NCBI GenBank assembly: GCA_018817165.1
Contig: JAHITY010000128.1
Span: 5,161 to 69,160 of the forward strand
Reading direction: 5' to 3'
From: Candidatus Omnitrophota bacterium
GTDB lineage: Bacteria > Omnitrophota > Gorgyraeia > B26-G9
Length of the DNA: 64,000 bases
The position numbers were made by a program, and so were the translations under genes. Shown piece after piece: positions 60,778 to 64,000 of the stretch (the stretch's first letter is position 1; the number at the start of each line of letters is the position of its first letter). The notes beneath the pieces are model-generated. The model was given only the letters and a program-made list of their open reading frames with translations, searched no databases and was not told where the DNA came from.

Positions 60778-62661
60778 ATGGCAAAAGTAATTGGAATCGA
60801 TTTGGGGACATCTAATTCAGCGGCATCGATATTAGAAGGCGGAAGACCAGTGATAATTCCTTCAGCAGAAGGAACAACCGTTGGTGGGGGGAAGGCTTTT
60901 CCATCTATTGTAGCTTTTACAAAAGATGGACAAAGATTAGTCGGCGAGCCGGCGCGTCGTCAGGCTTCGATAAATGCCCAAGGAACCATTCAGGCAGCTA
61001 AAAGAAAAATGGGACTTGATTACCACTTTGAAGCTTATGGCAATAAATATACTCCCCAGCAGATATCAGCTTTTATTCTGCAGAAAATCAAAGAAGACGC
61101 GGAAGCTTATCTGGGCGACAAAGTTGAAGAAGTAGTTATTACTTGTCCCGCGTATTTTGATGACAATCAAAGGCAAGCAACCAAAGATGCCGGGCAGATC
61201 GCTGGCTTAAAAGTACTGCGAATCATAAATGAGCCCACAGCAGCTTGTTTGGCTTATGGATTGGAAAAAGCAGGCAAAGAACAGAAAATTCTGGTTTTTG
61301 ACTTGGGTGGCGGGACTCTTGACGTAACAATTATGGAAATGGCAGATGGAGTATTTGAAGTGAAATCTACACATGGTGATACACATCTTGGCGGTACTGA
61401 TATGGATAATGTATTGATTGAATACATTGCTGAGCAGTTTAAGAAAGAAAGCGGTATTGATCTGCGTAGTGATAAAATGGCTGTACAGAGATTGAGAGAA
61501 GGCGCGGAAAAAGCAAAGATTGAACTTTCCGGAGCCCTTTCCACAGATATCAATCTGCCGTTTATTACCGCGGACGCGACTGGTCCAAAACATTTAACTC
61601 TGAATATAAGCCGAGCTAAATTAGAAGACCTGATCAATCCGATTGTAGAACGTTGTCGCGGTCCGATTGAAAAAGCAATTGCTGATTCTAAAATTCCGGT
61701 TAATCAGATTGATAAAATAATCATGGTTGGCGGTCCTACCCGGATGCCGATAGTTCAGAAATTTGTCGAAAGCGTTATTGGGACAAAAATTGAAGGCGGA
61801 GTTGATCCCATGGAATGCGTTGCAATGGGAGCAGCTATTCAGGCGGGAATTATCAAAGGCGACGTAAAAGATATCCTGTTGCTTGATGTTACTCCTTTAT
61901 CATTAGGGATTGAAACATTGGGCAGTGTAAGCACAAAATTAATTGAGCGAAATACAACAATTCCTACTAAAAAGAGCCAAATCTTCTCAACTGCGGCTGA
62001 TAATCAAACAGAAGTAACAATCAGAGTATTGCAGGGTGAACGTCAGATGGCTAATGATAACGTTGAACTTGGCCGGTTTAATCTAGTTGGGATACCGCCA
62101 GCAGCTCGAGGAATTCCGCAAATAGAAGTTGCTTTTGATATTGACGCGAATGGTTTGGTGCATGTGGCGGCTAAGGACCTGGGAACCGGTAAAGAACAGT
62201 CAATAAAAATAACCGCACCGAAAAAACTCTCGGAAGAAGAGATTGCTAAAATGGTAAAAGACGCGGAAGTTTTTGCTGAGGCTGACAAAAAGAAAAAAGA
62301 AGAAGTAGAAACTCGTAACCAAGCAGAAACTCTGGTTTATAGCACAGAAAAATCGCTAAAAGATTTTGGCGATAAAGTAAAAAAAGAAGATAAAGAGAAT
62401 ATCGAGAAGAAATTAGCTGAGCTTAAAGAAGCATCAAAAGGAACAGACATCGAAAAAATTAAAACAGGTATAGAAGAAGTTTCAAAAGTGGCGCACTCCT
62501 TAGCTGAAGAAGTATACAAAGCTCAGGCAGCTCAGCAGCAGGCGCAAGCTGGCGCTCAGGCTGCTGGCGGACAGGCACAGCCGGAAGATAGCGCATCCGA
62601 TCAGAAATCCAAAGAAGATGTAGTGGATGCTGAGTACAAAGTAGAAGACGAGAAGAAATAA
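60778..62661 (+). CDS. dnaK: Chaperone DnaK (Hsp70)
   Basis: [19 protein letters not shown], the full Hsp70 architecture. Confidence 0.97.
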   Translation: MAKVIGIDLGTSNSAASILEGGRPVIIPSAEGTTVGGGKAFPSIVAFTKDGQRLVGEPARRQASINAQGTIQAAKRKMGLDYHFEAYGNKYTPQQISAFILQKIKEDAEAYLGDKVEEVVITCPAYFDDNQRQATKDAGQIAGLKVLRIINEPTAACLAYGLEKAGKEQKILVFDLGGGTLDVTIMEMADGVFEVKSTHGDTHLGGTDMDNVLIEYIAEQFKKESGIDLRSDKMAVQRLREGAEKAKIELSGALSTDINLPFITADATGPKHLTLNISRAKLEDLINPIVERCRGPIEKAIADSKIPVNQIDKIIMVGGPTRMPIVQKFVESVIGTKIEGGVDPMECVAMGAAIQAGIIKGDVKDILLLDVTPLSLGIETLGSVSTKLIERNTTIPTKKSQIFSTAADNQTEVTIRVLQGERQMANDNVELGRFNLVGIPPAARGIPQIEVAFDIDANGLVHVAAKDLGTGKEQSIKITAPKKLSEEEIAKMVKDAEVFAEADKKKKEEVETRNQAETLVYSTEKSLKDFGDKVKKEDKENIEKKLAELKEASKGTDIEKIKTGIEEVSKVAHSLAEEVYKAQAAQQQAQAGAQAAGGQAQPEDSASDQKSKEDVVDAEYKVEDEKK

Positions 62662-62671
62662 ATTAACCAAG

Positions 62672-62724
62672 AGACAGTAGCTAATCCGGCAGGTATGTAA
62701 TGTATCGCTGATTAGCTACTGTCT
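62672..62724 (+). terminator. Long hairpin (15-bp perfect stem) between dnaK and dnaJ, an attenuator or partial terminator
   Basis: AGACAGTAGCTAATC-(23 nt)-GATTAGCTACTGTCT followed by GTTTTATG. Confidence 0.45.
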
Positions 62725-62758
62725 GTTTTATGCTTATTAATATTGTTAGGACAAAAAA

Positions 62759-63898
62759 ATGACTAATCGCGATTATTATGAAATATTAGGGGTCAGCAAA
62801 GGCTCGGAAGTTGGGGAAATTAAAAAAAGTTATCGAAAACTGGCAATGAAATATCATCCAGACCGGGCTGAGCCTGAAAAACGTAAAGAGTCTGAAGAAA
62901 AATTTAAAGAAATATCAGAAGCCTATGCAGTGCTGTCTGATGATAATAAGCGCGCTCAATATGATCGTTTTGGTCATGCGGGAATAAACAATCAATACAG
63001 CTCAGAAGATATATTTAGAGGCGCTGATTTTGGTTCTATTTTCGAGGAAATGGGTTTTGGCGGAGGAATCTTCGACGAACTGTTTTCCGGCGGTAGAGGC
63101 GGCAGCCGGCGTTCACATAGAGGTCCGAGCCGCGGTGCTGACCTGGAATATCAATTAGAGATTAGTTTTGAAGAAGCTGCTTTGGGAATAGAAAAAACAA
63201 TCTCAATCAGACGCGGCGAAGCCTGCGATGAATGCAAAGGCGAAGGCGCTGCTCCAGGGACAAAAAAAATTACTTGTCCTGCTTGTAAAGGCAGCGGACA
63301 AATTGGCCAGTCAGCGGGATTTTTCACAATCGCTAGAACCTGTGACAGCTGTCGGGGCCAAGGTCAGATCATAACCAAGCCTTGTAATAAATGTCAAGGC
63401 CGAGGCAAAATTTCTATAGATCGAAAAATAAATGTTAAAATCCCGGCAGGAGTAGATAATGGTTCACATTTACGGGTACGTTCCGAAGGTGAGGCTGGAG
63501 ATAAAAATGGGCCAAATGGTGATTTATATATTTTAATCCGCCTTAAAAAGCATAAAACATTCGAGCGGAGTAATGCCGATATTTATTGCACTGTTCCAAT
63601 TAGTTTTGTTGGCGCTGTATTAGGAACTGAAATTGAAGTGCCTACGCTTTATGAATCTAAAATTAAAATGAAGATTCCCGGGGGAACTCCTAGTGAAAAG
63701 ATATTTCGAGTTTCCGGCAAGGGGTTTGCTGATCTTCGCGGTCATGGTAAAGGTGATCAATTTGTAAAAGTCAGAGTTCTGGTTCCGACAAATCTTAATC
63801 CAAGCCAGAAAAAAGCTTTACTGGAATATGCTAAGCTTACAGGAGAAGATGTCTCAAACGAATCGATAGCTCAAAAAATTAAAAAAGCATTTAAGTAA
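62759..63898 (+). CDS. dnaJ: Chaperone DnaJ
   Basis: J-domain with the HPD motif (KYHPDR), a G/F region, and four CxxCxGxG zinc-finger repeats. Confidence 0.96.
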   Translation: MTNRDYYEILGVSKGSEVGEIKKSYRKLAMKYHPDRAEPEKRKESEEKFKEISEAYAVLSDDNKRAQYDRFGHAGINNQYSSEDIFRGADFGSIFEEMGFGGGIFDELFSGGRGGSRRSHRGPSRGADLEYQLEISFEEAALGIEKTISIRRGEACDECKGEGAAPGTKKITCPACKGSGQIGQSAGFFTIARTCDSCRGQGQIITKPCNKCQGRGKISIDRKINVKIPAGVDNGSHLRVRSEGEAGDKNGPNGDLYILIRLKKHKTFERSNADIYCTVPISFVGAVLGTEIEVPTLYESKIKMKIPGGTPSEKIFRVSGKGFADLRGHGKGDQFVKVRVLVPTNLNPSQKKALLEYAKLTGEDVSNESIAQKIKKAFK

Positions 63899-63929
63899 AA
63901 GCGAAATTGATTGAGAAAGGATGATTTAA

Positions 63930-64000
63930 TTGCCTACATATGATTATGAATGTTTATCTTGCGGTTATCTGTTTGAGCTGTTTCAGCAAATGAGTGAAAA
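63930..64000 (+). CDS. FmdB-family zinc-ribbon protein, truncated by the window end
   Basis: (M)PTYDYECLSCGYLFELFQQMSE matches the MPxYEYxCxxCGHxFE start of the FmdB family. TTG start after SD GAAAGGATG. Confidence 0.5.
   Translation, partial: MPTYDYECLSCGYLFELFQQMSE

Overview
This is an AT-rich bacterial chromosomal window of 64 kb. An outer-membrane beta-barrel-like protein and prepilin-type pseudopilins suggest a Gram-negative organism. Nearly all genes are on the + strand.

Kb 0-15.7 is a dense nitrogen-assimilation island. It holds an ECF-like sigma factor, a short P-II-like paralog, two amt-glnK pairs, a missed 59-aa HTH gene, type III glutamine synthetase (GlnN), a class-I glutamine amidotransferase, a Fis-type HTH mini-protein, and glutamate synthase gltB-gltD.

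The most unusual feature sits in the 5' leaders of these genes. A modular, strongly hairpin-forming repeat family occurs as 9 units at 5 loci, in tandem arrays of 1-3 units. It is found nowhere else in the window. It shows compensatory base-pair changes, which is consistent with a previously undescribed nitrogen-linked cis-regulatory RNA, or possibly a protein-bound element.

The remainder of the window contains the following genes:
- a PIN-PhoH2 gene on the minus strand;
- a block of secreted/membrane hypotheticals including a stand-alone CZB zinc-sensor domain;
- an M29-like aminopeptidase, YbeD, and three prepilin-type pseudopilins including a PilX-like protein;
- thiM-thiE and a DEDDh exonuclease;
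- carA-carB-purF-pyrG followed by a GAF-ANTAR RNA-binding regulator;
- a 45-aa lysine-rich micro-protein;
- a PAS-HD-GYP phosphodiesterase, a mono-haem CxxCH mini-protein, rluA-family, uppP and glgC;
- two tandem phasin-like genes with a UbiB kinase;
- a Na/Pi cotransporter, mgtE and an RNA methyltransferase;
- tRNA-Pro/Arg/His;
- an NPD-family flavoprotein, PilZ, GH57 plus malQ, and hflX;
- the CIRCE-controlled hrcA-grpE-dnaK-dnaJ operon, and a partial FmdB-type zinc-ribbon gene.

There is no CRISPR array, transposase or integrase.
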